A stretch of 43,381 nt of DNA, taken from positions 1 to 43,381 of the forward strand of contig JBHHXT010000023.1 of assembly GCA_046757165.1 (NCBI GenBank), in the 5' to 3' direction. The notes under the pieces are model-generated. The model searched no databases. It was not told the DNA's origin and worked only from the letters and a program-made list of their open reading frames with translations. Numbering within the stretch: the stretch's first letter is position 1; each line of letters opens with the position of its first letter. Positions 1-9,084 of this stretch are shown here, one piece after another. Source of the DNA: a bacterium (GTDB taxonomy: Bacteria; Zhuqueibacterota; Zhuqueibacteria; Oceanimicrobiales; Oceanimicrobiaceae). The position numbers and the translations under genes are program-made.

Positions 1-234
1 AACTCATCAGCCCCTGCAAGTAGCAGCGGCTCAAGCTAAGTTGTTCGACCCGGTAGAAGGCCTGCCGGAACAAACGATGGAACTGCTCAAATTCGTCACC
101 TAACGCCTCTATATCCTCTTGATCTAAATCCAGTGGCGGCGGTAATTGACGATTCCATCCTTGATGTTCAATAATCATTTTCCCACCTCTCTTTGATTTG
201 TTGACTATTATCTCTATTCTTGTCAACTAAAGTG
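1..234 (-). mobile_element. IS701-family-like element, left end; transposase N-terminus (CDS 178..<1) runs off the window
   Basis: Hand translation from ATG at 178 (SD AGAGGTG upstream): MIIEHQGWNRQLPPPLDLDQEDIEALGDEFEQFHRLFRQAFYRVEQLSLSRCYLQGLMS, matching the F..F.R.E...YL.GL.S N-terminus of IS701 DDE transposases. Putative end CACTTTAGTTGACA near 234; boundary approximate. Confidence 0.65.
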
Positions 235-466
235 CGTATTAATTCGATGTCGGAATCGCTAATCCTCCGACCCCGAATGATGATCGCGTTGCGCAATACA
301 AGTTCTTCCTATAATTTCTACCTCTCGAGGCATAATATAGGAAACATCTGTCTGAGGCGAAAGCAAAAACTTTCGCTGTAGTACTATAATATCATTTGAA
401 AAGTCAGATATTTTTCTTATGATAAATTGATCAAATGTTCCCTCGGTCAAAATGTGACAAGGTGTC

Positions 467-827
467 GTGATGCCTCTGGCAGCCCAAAAACATTTCTTGA
501 GTTTTGATGAATTCCTGGAAATCGCTGACTCGAATCCGCGTGAGCGGTATGAGTACTATCACGGCGAAATTGTTTTGATGAGCGAAACATTTCAACATGC
601 GGTCATCAAACAAACCATTGCGACAAACTCAACACAAGACTATCGGGAAGATGCTTTGTGGTAACGTGATCGTCGACCAGAATGAAATCTCTGTCACTCA
701 CTACTTCAGGTCAGATACCCGATGGGAATTCAGGAAATATCACCGGTTCAGCGATCAGACCCATCTGGCCTCCCTTGGTATCAAACTGAAGCTCGAGGAC
801 ATTTACGCCAACGTGGACATTAGATAG
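467..827 (+). pseudogene. Uma2-family (DUF820) endonuclease remnant, internally deleted and frameshifted
   Basis: N-terminal SFDEFLE..RERYEYYHGEIVLMS..H (467..664) and C-terminal VIVDQNEISVTHYFR..WEF..LASLGIKLKLEDIY (597..827) lie in different frames; the central PD..EVLS core is missing. Confidence 0.7.
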
Positions 828-840
828 ATAGCGTTATGCG

Positions 841-1167
841 ATGAAGCTCGGGACCACACATTACATCGACTGTGCCCATTACTTGCCGGGCCATCCCAAG
901 TGCGGTGAGCTGCACGGCCATACCTACAAGGTCGAGGTGGTCATCGAAGGAGAAAACAAAGATGGCATGGTGCTGGATTTTGCGGACATGAAACAAGCGG
1001 TCAACGAGGTCCTGGCCCACTACGATCACAAGTCTTTGAACGAGTTTCTGGAATACCCGTCGGTGGAAAATATTTGTGAGCTGCTGCGGGCACGTTTGCA
1101 AACCAAATTGCACTTTCCATTCACGATCAGAGTTTGGGAAGGGAATGGGAAATGGGCCGAGCTTTGA
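841..1167 (+). CDS. queD: 6-carboxytetrahydropterin synthase / PTPS family
   Basis: AH.LPGH..CGELHGHTY (CX3HGH), GMVLDF, DHKSLN, PSVENI, VWEG motifs. Confidence 0.85.
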   Translation: MKLGTTHYIDCAHYLPGHPKCGELHGHTYKVEVVIEGENKDGMVLDFADMKQAVNEVLAHYDHKSLNEFLEYPSVENICELLRARLQTKLHFPFTIRVWEGNGKWAEL

Positions 1168-1191
1168 GGCGGCCCGGAACAGGATGAGAAC

Positions 1192-1617
1192 ATGGTCAAG
1201 CTGAACAAAAGCACCCGCCTCGCCCTGTACGCGATGGTCGAGCTCAGCAGAGACGCCGAGCGTGTCCTCTCCGCCGGCGAAATCGCCGAAAAATACAACA
1301 TGTCGGAGCACCATGTCGCCAAAGTGCTGCAGCAGTTGGCGCGCGTTCGCCTGGTGCGCAGCACTCGCGGCATCAAGGGCGGCTTCCAAATCGCGAAAGA
1401 TCCCAAAGAGATTACCATGCACGATATCGTCGAAGTGTTCGAGCCCTATTCGCAACCCGATAATAGCGGCTGCCTGCTGCTGGACTTCGACGAGTCCTGT
1501 CACCTCATTGGCGCGTGCCGCATCGGGGAGGTGTTCAATGAAATCCAGGAGCAGGCCATCTACACGTTGAAATCGGTGACGATTGCGACGCTGATCTCCC
1601 CCAAAAAAATTTCCTGA
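1192..1617 (+). CDS. Rrf2-family transcriptional regulator, BadM-like, with three C-terminal Cys
   Basis: wHTH (SAGEIAEKYNMSEHHVAKVLQQL..STRGIKGGF), C-x8-C-x5-C; directly upstream of the benzoyl-CoA genes. Confidence 0.9.
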   Translation: MVKLNKSTRLALYAMVELSRDAERVLSAGEIAEKYNMSEHHVAKVLQQLARVRLVRSTRGIKGGFQIAKDPKEITMHDIVEVFEPYSQPDNSGCLLLDFDESCHLIGACRIGEVFNEIQEQAIYTLKSVTIATLISPKKIS

Positions 1618-1633
1618 CAGCCGCAGATTTTTC

Positions 1634-1662
1634 TTGACACGAATCAGATAAAATCCTATATT
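1634..1662 (+). promoter_or_regulatory. sigma70-type promoter of the had-oah-GNAT-dch-bcr operon
   Basis: TTGACA (1634-1639), 17 nt spacer, TATATT (1657-1662). Confidence 0.75.
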
Positions 1663-1687
1663 AAACCGGTAATCAAGTACCGGTTTA
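1662..1687. promoter_or_regulatory. Operator palindrome, probable Rrf2/BadM site
   Basis: TAAACCGGTA-atcaag-TACCGGTTTA, perfect 10-bp arms overlapping the expected +1. Confidence 0.7.
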
Positions 1688-1733
1688 CCTGTTTGTGTGC
1701 TGGTTCAATTCTCACCCCTCGTAACCGGAGCGT

Positions 1734-2819
1734 ATGATGCAGCAAATCCAGGCGTGGCAAATGCACGCGTTAGCTCAGCCCATGCAGGTGGCAAGCTTCC
1801 CCTCCCCTGCTTTATCCCACGACGAAGTTCTGGTCAAGATCAGTGGCTGTGGGGTTTGTCACACGGATCTGGGCTTTTTTTATGAAGGCATCCGGACAGT
1901 CAAATCACTGCCTTTGACCCTCGGGCATGAAATCAGCGGGTTTGTCGAGGAGGCCGGTGAAGGCTGCCGGAGCTGGTTGGGCAAAGCAGTGATCATCCCC
2001 GCGGTTTTGCCTTGCGGAGAATGTGAGCTCTGCCAGAAGGGTCGCGGCACCATCTGTCGCAAGCAGAAGATGCCTGGCAACCACATCGACGGGGGCTTTG
2101 CGAGCCATATCGTGGTGCCGCAACGCTATTTGTGCGCGGTCGATGTCGCCACCGCGGAGGCGGTTTTCGGCAAGTCCGGTGTCACCTTGCGAGAGCTCTC
2201 TGTGATCGCCGACGCGGTCACCACCCCTTATCAGGCGGTGAAAAATTCCGGTCTGCGCGCAGGTGAGCTGGCCGTTTTCATCGGTGTCGGCGGCATCGGC
2301 GGCTTTGGCGTCCAGATTGCAAAGGCCGTGGGCGCCGCGGTTGTGGCCATTGATATCGACGCGCGCAAACTGGAAAACATGGCGAAATTTGGTGCGGATG
2401 CGACCTTCAACGCGCGAGAGCTGGACCGAAAGGCGTTACGTACTGCCCTGCGTGACTTCGCTGCCAGCAAGTCCCTTTCTCCGTATGAGTGGAAAATCTT
2501 TGAAACTTCCGGCACAAAACCCGGGCAAGCGCTCGCCTTTGGACTGCTGACGTTTGGCGCTACCCTGAGCGTGGTGGGATTTACCATGGACACGCTCGAT
2601 CTCAGGCTGAGCAACTTGATGGCTTTCGACGCCCGCGCCATCGGCAACTGGGGGTGCCATCCAAAGTACTACCCGGAGGTTGTTGACCTGGTCAGGAAGG
2701 GGAAAATCCAGTTGGCGCCGTTTGTGCAGATGTTCCCGCTCAGCGAAATCAACACGGTTTTCGAACGTGTCCACCGCCGGGAGATAGACAAGCGCCCGGT
2801 GCTTGTGCCGGACTTTTAA
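1734..2819 (+). CDS. had: 6-hydroxycyclohex-1-ene-1-carbonyl-CoA dehydrogenase
   Basis: Zn-MDR motifs CGVCHTD, GHEISG, CGECELC..C, GVGGIG; family-typical WKIFETSG and RLSNLMAFDARAIGNWGC; gene context. Confidence 0.9.
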   Translation: MMQQIQAWQMHALAQPMQVASFPSPALSHDEVLVKISGCGVCHTDLGFFYEGIRTVKSLPLTLGHEISGFVEEAGEGCRSWLGKAVIIPAVLPCGECELCQKGRGTICRKQKMPGNHIDGGFASHIVVPQRYLCAVDVATAEAVFGKSGVTLRELSVIADAVTTPYQAVKNSGLRAGELAVFIGVGGIGGFGVQIAKAVGAAVVAIDIDARKLENMAKFGADATFNARELDRKALRTALRDFAASKSLSPYEWKIFETSGTKPGQALAFGLLTFGATLSVVGFTMDTLDLRLSNLMAFDARAIGNWGCHPKYYPEVVDLVRKGKIQLAPFVQMFPLSEINTVFERVHRREIDKRPVLVPDF

Positions 2820-2831
2820 GAGGAGGTATCC

Positions 2832-3923
2832 ATGGAACCCTTCAAAGATCACAATTTGGTGGAGCAGTATGAGTTCAGGGAGATCAAGTACGAGCTCAGG
2901 CCGTGCCTCGACGCTCAGGGCCAACCAGTGGAGGGCTTGTACAATGCCTGGATCATTCTGAACAACCCGGAGCAGCTCAATTCTTATACAACGCAGATGG
3001 TCAAAGAAGTGATCCTCGCGTTCAGGAGCGCTTCTAATGCGCGCAATGTGGTTGCGGTGGTGTTCACCGGCGCCGGCGACCGGGCGTTTTGTTCCGGCGG
3101 CAACACGAAGGAATACGCCGAGTACTACGCCGGTCAGCCGGAGGAGTACCGCCAGTACATGCGGCTGTTCAACGACATGGTCACCGCCATTTTGCACTGC
3201 GACAAGCCGGTCATCTGCCGGGTCAACGGCATGCGGATCGCCGGGGGTCAGGAGATCGGCATGGCGTGTGATTTTTCCATCGCCAGCGACATGGCCGTCT
3301 TTGGCCAGGCCGGGCCAAAGCATGGCTCCGCGCCTGACGGCGGCTCGACTGACTTTCTGCCCCTGTTTGTGGGCATCGAAAATGCCATGGTGAGTTTGAC
3401 CTTGTGCGAAATCTGGAGCGCACACAAAGCCTACCGGCTGGGTCTGCTCACGGAAATCGTGCCGGTCTTGAAGCGTGAGGGCGACTTTATCGCCAACCCG
3501 CTGGTGATCACGGACCGCTGGGTCAACGAGACGGGAAAGATCATCTATGGCGAGTCGAAGACCGGCGCACAGAAGCAAGAGGCGAAAGACCTGGTCAGAC
3601 AATGCACCACAGATCTCACTCTGCTCGACCAGGCGGTCAACCGGCTCTGCACCTCCCTGATGCTGACCGTCCCCGGCTGTCTGACCAAGACGATTGAATC
3701 GGCACGCAAACACAAGTTGCAGCAATGGGATCGCAACCGCGAAAGCAACCGCGCCTGGCTGGGGATGAACATGCTCACCGAGGGCAAAGCCGGCTTTCGA
3801 GCCTTCAACGAGGGGGTCAAAGGCCACCGCGAAGTCAATTTCATCAAGCTGCGGCAATTGCTGGCCAGCGGGCAGAAGTGGAACGATGACCTGGTCGAGG
3901 CCGTAATGCCGCCCCGCAAGTGA
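2832..3923 (+). CDS. oah: 6-oxocyclohex-1-ene-1-carbonyl-CoA hydrolase
   Basis: Crotonase fold with GLYNAWIIL, NSYTT, GGNTKEYAEYYAG, RIAGGQEIGMACD, GPKHGSAPDGG. Confidence 0.93.
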   Translation: MEPFKDHNLVEQYEFREIKYELRPCLDAQGQPVEGLYNAWIILNNPEQLNSYTTQMVKEVILAFRSASNARNVVAVVFTGAGDRAFCSGGNTKEYAEYYAGQPEEYRQYMRLFNDMVTAILHCDKPVICRVNGMRIAGGQEIGMACDFSIASDMAVFGQAGPKHGSAPDGGSTDFLPLFVGIENAMVSLTLCEIWSAHKAYRLGLLTEIVPVLKREGDFIANPLVITDRWVNETGKIIYGESKTGAQKQEAKDLVRQCTTDLTLLDQAVNRLCTSLMLTVPGCLTKTIESARKHKLQQWDRNRESNRAWLGMNMLTEGKAGFRAFNEGVKGHREVNFIKLRQLLASGQKWNDDLVEAVMPPRK

Positions 3924-3932
3924 ACCGATAGG

Positions 3933-4385
3933 ATGCCGGCTTTGGACTTTACGATTCGCAAAATAGACCCGGATGACAGCCAGGCCATCATTGCCCTGGA
4001 CGGGCTTCATTCTGGCACGACCAAGCCTGCGTACTGGCAAGAGCGGCTCAAGCCGTTCATGGCAAAGTCGAACAGCGGGCGCATCGTGCTCGGCTACGTC
4101 GCGGTTCAGGAAGGGCGTGTCATCGGCTATATTCTGGCGGAAGGGCGCGCCTGGGAGTTTGGCTCCCCGCTCTGTGGCTGGATTTTCGCCATCGGTGTAG
4201 ACCCGAACTGTGGCAGAAAAGGGGTGGGCCTGGCTTTGTGCCGCGAGGTGTGTCGAAAGTTCAAGTCGCTCGATATCCGCACCGTGCGCACCATGGTGCG
4301 AAAGGACAACGTCGATGTCCTGAGCTTTTTTCGGGCCTCCGGCTTTCGCGCCGGCCCGTTTATTGAGCTGGAGCTGGAATTTTGA
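3933..4385 (+). CDS. GNAT acetyltransferase, BadL-like
   Basis: RAWEFGSP.CGWIFAIGV, R.GVG, LSFFR..GF.AGPFIELE; lies inside the benzoyl-CoA cluster. Confidence 0.8.
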   Translation: MPALDFTIRKIDPDDSQAIIALDGLHSGTTKPAYWQERLKPFMAKSNSGRIVLGYVAVQEGRVIGYILAEGRAWEFGSPLCGWIFAIGVDPNCGRKGVGLALCREVCRKFKSLDIRTVRTMVRKDNVDVLSFFRASGFRAGPFIELELEF

Positions 4386-4424
4386 AGTGTCAACGCCCTG
4401 TTTTTTTGTGCAGACGTCGTTGCG

Positions 4425-4549
4425 AAAAAAGTCATTTGGCGCTTCGCGCCGTCATTTGCCCTGCGGGCGTCATTTTGTCCGTGCTTGCTCAATGACGCCC
4501 GCGGGGCAAATGACAACAAATGACGAGCAAAGCTCAAATGACGTTTTTT
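4425..4549. repeat. Nested GTCATT/AATGAC palindromic (REP-like) element
   Basis: 24-bp arms 4451-4474 and 4491-4514 (one G-U pair), plus outer arms AAAAAAGTCATTTG and CAAATGACGTTTTTT. Confidence 0.8.
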
Positions 4550-4574
4550 GCCGTTTCACAATCCGGAGTGATTT

Positions 4575-5348
4575 ATGAGCCAATTCAACAAAATCAAGAG
4601 TCGTTTTCTGCATGAGGGGCAGGTGTTGAGTCTCACTTTGAACGCCCCCCCGGGAAATGTCCTGGACAAGGAAATGATGACAGAGCTCACCCGGGCGATT
4701 CGGGAGCACGGTCCCGGGAGTTCAGTCAAGGCGCTCGTGTTCGCTGGTGAGGGGACGCACTTTTCCTTTGGGGCCAGCGTGGTTGAGCACCAGAAAGAGT
4801 TCGTCGCAGAGATGCTGGTCACGTTTACTCAGTTATTGAAAACGCTCATCGAAACCAGCAAGCCGATGTTTGCCGTGGTGCGCGGACAGTGCCTGGGTGG
4901 CGGCCTGGAGCTCGCTTCCCTTTGCCATTGGATTTTTGCCTCCGGGGATGCTGCGTTTGGACAGCCGGAGATCAAGCTCGGGGTCTTGCCGCCGTTTGCC
5001 TCGCTCATCCTGCCTTATCGAATCGGCCAGTCAGCGGCCGATGACCTGGTGTTGAGCGGCAGGTCCATTTTGGCGCAAGAGGCCAAAGAGCTTGGGCTGG
5101 TGCATTCCGTCTCTGGAGAACCGGAAAAGGACCTGGAAGCGTTTATCGCCAAACACATTCTACCCAGGAGCGCCATCGCGCTGAGGCTTACGGCCAAAGC
5201 GTCGCGCTTTGAGATGAACCGGGCTTTTCTGAAGCACATCGAGACGCTCGAAAAACTGTACGTCGAGGAGTTGATGGAAACCGAGGACGCCAATGAGGGC
5301 ATCCTATCCTTTCTCGAAAAACGCAAGCCTGTCTGGAAAGATCGGTGA
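4575..5348 (+). CDS. dch: Cyclohexa-1,5-diene-1-carbonyl-CoA hydratase
   Basis: Crotonase fold; HFSFGASV.EH, GQCLGGGLEL, GQPEIKLGV, YVEELM.TEDA.EG; gene context. Confidence 0.88.
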   Translation: MSQFNKIKSRFLHEGQVLSLTLNAPPGNVLDKEMMTELTRAIREHGPGSSVKALVFAGEGTHFSFGASVVEHQKEFVAEMLVTFTQLLKTLIETSKPMFAVVRGQCLGGGLELASLCHWIFASGDAAFGQPEIKLGVLPPFASLILPYRIGQSAADDLVLSGRSILAQEAKELGLVHSVSGEPEKDLEAFIAKHILPRSAIALRLTAKASRFEMNRAFLKHIETLEKLYVEELMETEDANEGILSFLEKRKPVWKDR

Positions 5349-5410
5349 AGGCTGGCGTGGTGAAACAGAAAAGCCACGAATTGACACGAATGGAGCATTC
5401 GCGGTTTGTT

Positions 5411-5578
5411 AACCTGGATTATTCACAAGAGATTGGCAAATATTCCTTAATCGCTTGATTATGCAATAACTTACCGGGATAAGGAGGAGTGCAACGCTTT
5501 AGCGTTGCATGAAATGCTAAAGCATTTCACTCCTTAGGTGTTGCCCTTGCTGTGAGAAATTCATCAATTATCCAGGTT
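5411..5578. mobile_element. 168-bp MITE-like insertion with internal REP-like hairpins
   Basis: Terminal IRs AACCTGGATTATT and AATTATCCAGGTT (12/13); internal GGAGTG-CAACGCtttaGCGTTG-..-GAAATGCtaaaGCATTTC-ACTCC. Confidence 0.7.
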
Positions 5579-5649
5579 GAGAAGTATCGCGGTGAAGAGT
5601 TTGCATTTTTGTGTAAAGCTTTCCTGGCATTCCTATTAGGGAGAAGAAC

Positions 5650-6822
5650 ATGACAGAATCACTCAACTTGCTGCAGGGCTGGCAAGACAAACCGCTCGAG
5701 GAGATCATGCGGTTGTGCCGTGACCTGGTGGAAGATCCTGACTATCCGACGGTGCAGCGCTGGCGGGAGGCGGACGGCAAGGTGGTTGGGCATTTCCAGG
5801 TCTATTTCCCGGAGGAGATTGCGCATGCGGCCGGCCTGCTGCCGCTAAAAATTCGCGGCGCCCAGGTGCAGGGCATGGAGGGGGAGTCGCACTTTGGCTC
5901 CTATCTGTGCTCGATCATCAAGACCTCGCTGGAGCTGGCGCTGACGCAAAAAATCGAGATCGAGATGTTTGTCACCCAGCCGATTTGTGATGCTGCGCGA
6001 AATCTCGCCGCCATTTGGGGGCGCAACTTCCCCTACAAGTGCCAGATTCTTTATCTGCCTCAGAATCCCAATTCAACCTACTCTGTCACCTATTTGCGAA
6101 ATGAGTACGACCGGTTGAAGCGAGACATCGAGGAGATCGGAGGCCAGAAAGTGACCGACGAGGGCCTGAGACGCTCGCTGGCGATCTACAACGAAAGCCG
6201 TGCTTTGATGCGGGAGCTTTATGACATCAAACGGGAAACCCCCTGGCTGCTCAGTGCGGAAGAGGCGTTTTGCCTGGTCGCCCTCGCAGGGTTCATTCCA
6301 AGAGAGGAGTATAACGAATTCATCCGCGCGGTGGTGCCACGGATCAAGCAACGGTCGGCGCAGAAGCAAGACAAGATGCGCGTGGTGTTCGAAGGCGGCT
6401 TCTGCGAGCAGCCGCCGGTCGATTTGTTACAGACCATCGACCGTTCCTGCTACCTTGTCGATGATGATTTGATGATCGGTTTGCGCTGGTTTCTCGAAGA
6501 CGTTTCGCTCGACGGAGATCCGCTCCACAACCTGGCGCAAGCGTACCTGGAAAATTCAACTTACAGCCCGGTGCAACATGACCTGCGCAAGCCGAAAGAG
6601 AAAATGCTGTTGGAGCGCATTCGGCGGGCCCGCGCTGAAGCCGCGATCGTGACCGCGGCCAAGATGTGCGAGCCCGGCCTGGAGGAGCAGGTCACCTACA
6701 GCAAAATGCTGGATGAGGAGGGCATTCCCTACTTCATCAGCGAATTCGAAGAAAACCAGACGACCTTCGACCACCTGGGTATCCAGCTCGAAACGTTCGT
6801 CGAAAACATCATTTTCAGTTGA
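5650..6822 (+). CDS. bcrC: Class I benzoyl-CoA reductase subunit C
   Basis: HgdB/FldC family; [42 protein letters not shown]. Confidence 0.88.
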   Translation: MTESLNLLQGWQDKPLEEIMRLCRDLVEDPDYPTVQRWREADGKVVGHFQVYFPEEIAHAAGLLPLKIRGAQVQGMEGESHFGSYLCSIIKTSLELALTQKIEIEMFVTQPICDAARNLAAIWGRNFPYKCQILYLPQNPNSTYSVTYLRNEYDRLKRDIEEIGGQKVTDEGLRRSLAIYNESRALMRELYDIKRETPWLLSAEEAFCLVALAGFIPREEYNEFIRAVVPRIKQRSAQKQDKMRVVFEGGFCEQPPVDLLQTIDRSCYLVDDDLMIGLRWFLEDVSLDGDPLHNLAQAYLENSTYSPVQHDLRKPKEKMLLERIRRARAEAAIVTAAKMCEPGLEEQVTYSKMLDEEGIPYFISEFEENQTTFDHLGIQLETFVENIIFS

Positions 6823-6835
6823 TTGGAGGCGTGCT

Positions 6836-8128
6836 ATGAGCGTTAGGAAAAACGACAAACCAGACGTGGTCGGACGTGGAAACAAGGAGGGCGCTGCGCT
6901 TTTCCGGCAGTGGTTCCAGGAGTTGAACCAGACGGCCGAGCGCGGAGAGCGCGCGGCCTATGTTTTCGTCATGGGCAGTCTGAACGAAATTCTGAAAACC
7001 TTTGATTTTCCGATCGTGTTTCCAGAGATCAATTCACTGCAAACGGCGGTGCGCAGAGTGGCGCACCAGTACTTGAACGAGGCGGAGGACTACGGCTACT
7101 CGCCCGACATCTGCGGCTATGTCAAAGCCGACGTGGCGGTGCAGTTGCGCGGCGGCGACCATCCCATGGGACGGATTCCGAAACCGGCCCTGGCCGTGTT
7201 GACCAACGCGTGTAACACGTACATCAAATGGGCGGAAATCTGGGAGCGCATGTACGACATTCCCATTTTCACCATCGACATTCCCGGCACCCGCGCCGAG
7301 GGCACGCAAACCTGGGCCGGCGATCCACAGTTCGACAATGACCGCAAGTACGTCGCGGCACAACTGCGGGAGCTGATCGCGCTGTGCGAAAAAGTGTCCG
7401 GCAAAAAATTCGACATCGACAAGTTCCGCGAGGTCCTGGGCCATGCCAATCAAATGAGCCGGGGCTGGCACAGGCTCCTGGAGTTGAATCAAAAACAGCC
7501 TGCGGTTTTCAACGCTCTGACAGACGGCACCATTTTTCTGGGCGTGGCCAACGGGCTGCGCGGAACCCAGGAGGGCAGCACGTACTTCGACAATCTCGTT
7601 GAGGAGATGGAGTTCAAGTCGAGACGCGGCATCGGAACGCTCACCGAAGAAAAATTTCGGCTGTTTTTCGTTGGCGTTCCGTGTTATCCCATCTTCCGGC
7701 GCTTCAACGAATTCTTCACGGAGTGGGGAGGTGTGTTCGTGCACTCGACCTATCTCTGGTTTGCCTCCGGCGGCACGAATCTCGGCTTTCAGTATGACCT
7801 CGAGAATCCAATCGACAGTCTGGCGGAAGGTGTTCTGACCAATGTGAGCGATGCCATGGACAGCATGTTCCATCAGCAGCAAGCGATTTTTTCGCTGGCC
7901 GATCCTTTCAACGTCGACGGCGTCGTCTACCATCCTATCAAGAGCTGCCGTACCGTCTCGACGGGCCTGGCAGATGGACGCAGACACACGATGGAAAACC
8001 GCGACCTGGCAACGCTGTTCATTGAGTCCGACATGATGGACCAGCGGGTCGTCTCCGAGGCGCAGATGAAAAACCGGGTCGATGCGTTTTTTGAAGGGAT
8101 GATTTCGAGGCAGTTGCAGGGGGTTTGA
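6836..8128 (+). CDS. bcrB: Class I benzoyl-CoA reductase subunit B
   Basis: Start moved to ATG 6836 (SD GGAGG); SPDICGYVKAD, ACNTYIKW, KFDIDK, IKSCR, IESDMMDQR..KNR. Confidence 0.88.
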   Translation: MSVRKNDKPDVVGRGNKEGAALFRQWFQELNQTAERGERAAYVFVMGSLNEILKTFDFPIVFPEINSLQTAVRRVAHQYLNEAEDYGYSPDICGYVKADVAVQLRGGDHPMGRIPKPALAVLTNACNTYIKWAEIWERMYDIPIFTIDIPGTRAEGTQTWAGDPQFDNDRKYVAAQLRELIALCEKVSGKKFDIDKFREVLGHANQMSRGWHRLLELNQKQPAVFNALTDGTIFLGVANGLRGTQEGSTYFDNLVEEMEFKSRRGIGTLTEEKFRLFFVGVPCYPIFRRFNEFFTEWGGVFVHSTYLWFASGGTNLGFQYDLENPIDSLAEGVLTNVSDAMDSMFHQQQAIFSLADPFNVDGVVYHPIKSCRTVSTGLADGRRHTMENRDLATLFIESDMMDQRVVSEAQMKNRVDAFFEGMISRQLQGV

Positions 8129-8153
8129 GGGTTGGATTGTTCCATTGCTCCAT

Positions 8154-8243
8154 ACGCCGAAGGCGTTTCATAACAAAGCCCAGGGTCGCGAAGCGGACCC
8201 CGGGACCAGAGACATCAACAAAGCAAAAACCCTGAAAGGGTTT
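8154..8243. repeat. Triple-hairpin REP-like element
   Basis: ACGCCgaaGGCGT, CCCAGGGTCgcgaagcgGACCCCGGG and AAACCCtgaaaGGGTTT between bcrB and bcrA. Confidence 0.65.
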
Positions 8244-8265
8244 GACAAAGAATAAGGAGAACAGT

Positions 8266-9084
8266 ATGTCATACGCAGCCGGAGTGGACGTTGGCTCCAC
8301 GCAGACCAAAGCGGTCATCATCAACGAAGCAAGAGAGATTCTGGGACGATCTTTGATCGATACGGGGGCCAATGTCACCGCCGCTGCCCAAAGGGCGTTT
8401 CAGGAAGCCCTGGCGGACGCCAGGTTAGGCGACGAAGAAGTGGCGTATGTCGTGGGCACGGGTTACGGCCGCTATAAGGTCACCTTTGGCAACAAACAGG
8501 TGACGGAGATTAGCTGTCACGGGCGCGGCGCGGTGCACATGTACCCGACCACGCGCACCGTGATCGATATGGGCGGGCAGGACAGTAAGGCCATTCGTGT
8601 CAGTGACAACGGCGAAATCATCGATTTCTGCATGAACGACAAGTGTGCCGCCGGCACCGGACGCTTTCTTGGCGCCGCCTCGCAGGCGCTCGACATTCCG
8701 CTCAGCGATCTGGGCCCGACGGCGTTGAAGGCCGAAAAGCCGGTCCGGATCAGTACCACCTGTACCGTGTTTGCCGAATCGGAGGTGCTTTCCTGGCTCG
8801 GCAAGGGCAAAAAGGTGGAAGATATTCTCTGGGGCGTACACCAGTCGATTGCCGCGCGCTCGATTGGACTTCTGCGGCGCGTGGGCGTCGACGGGGAGGT
8901 CACCTTCAGTGGTGGGGTTGCCAAGAACGTCGGCATGGTCAAAGCTCTCGAAGATGGCCTGGGCAAGAAGGTCAACGTCGGCGAGGAGTCCCATTTCATG
9001 GGTGCACTGGGGGCGGCGCTATTTGCGCTGGACCATATCGTGGCAAGCAGAAAACCGGCAGCAAAGGAAGGAGAATTAGCATGA
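8266..9084 (+). CDS. bcrA: BCR ATP-dependent activator subunit A (short form)
   Basis: ASKHA motifs [47 protein letters not shown]; start at ATG 8266 with SD AAGGAG. Confidence 0.85.
   Translation: MSYAAGVDVGSTQTKAVIINEAREILGRSLIDTGANVTAAAQRAFQEALADARLGDEEVAYVVGTGYGRYKVTFGNKQVTEISCHGRGAVHMYPTTRTVIDMGGQDSKAIRVSDNGEIIDFCMNDKCAAGTGRFLGAASQALDIPLSDLGPTALKAEKPVRISTTCTVFAESEVLSWLGKGKKVEDILWGVHQSIAARSIGLLRRVGVDGEVTFSGGVAKNVGMVKALEDGLGKKVNVGEESHFMGALGAALFALDHIVASRKPAAKEGELA

Noticed and set aside
259..450. 63-aa AT-rich minus-strand ORF
   Set aside because: No recognisable motif or SD; cannot be supported.
901..921. QueD as a PTPS-III FolB bypass linking folate/pABA to BadL
   Set aside because: The motif is CGELHGH (CX3HGH, PTPS-I type); the Glu is not in the EX2HGH position.
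2436..4040. 534-aa minus-strand ORF and other long antisense ORFs (820-1503, 7034-7987, 22787-24283, 35460-36452, 37671-38654)
   Set aside because: Shadow frames of well-supported GC-rich genes; no motifs.
4425..4549. CRISPR-like or riboswitch interpretation
   Set aside because: Short inverted motifs without regular spacers and no recognisable aptamer.
6713..6835. Extended N-termini given by the ORF track (bcrB 6713, bcrD 8643, STAS 16460, kinase 20015, SCP2 38573)
   Set aside because: They overlap neighbours or lack homology; downstream ATGs have an SD or match the family start.
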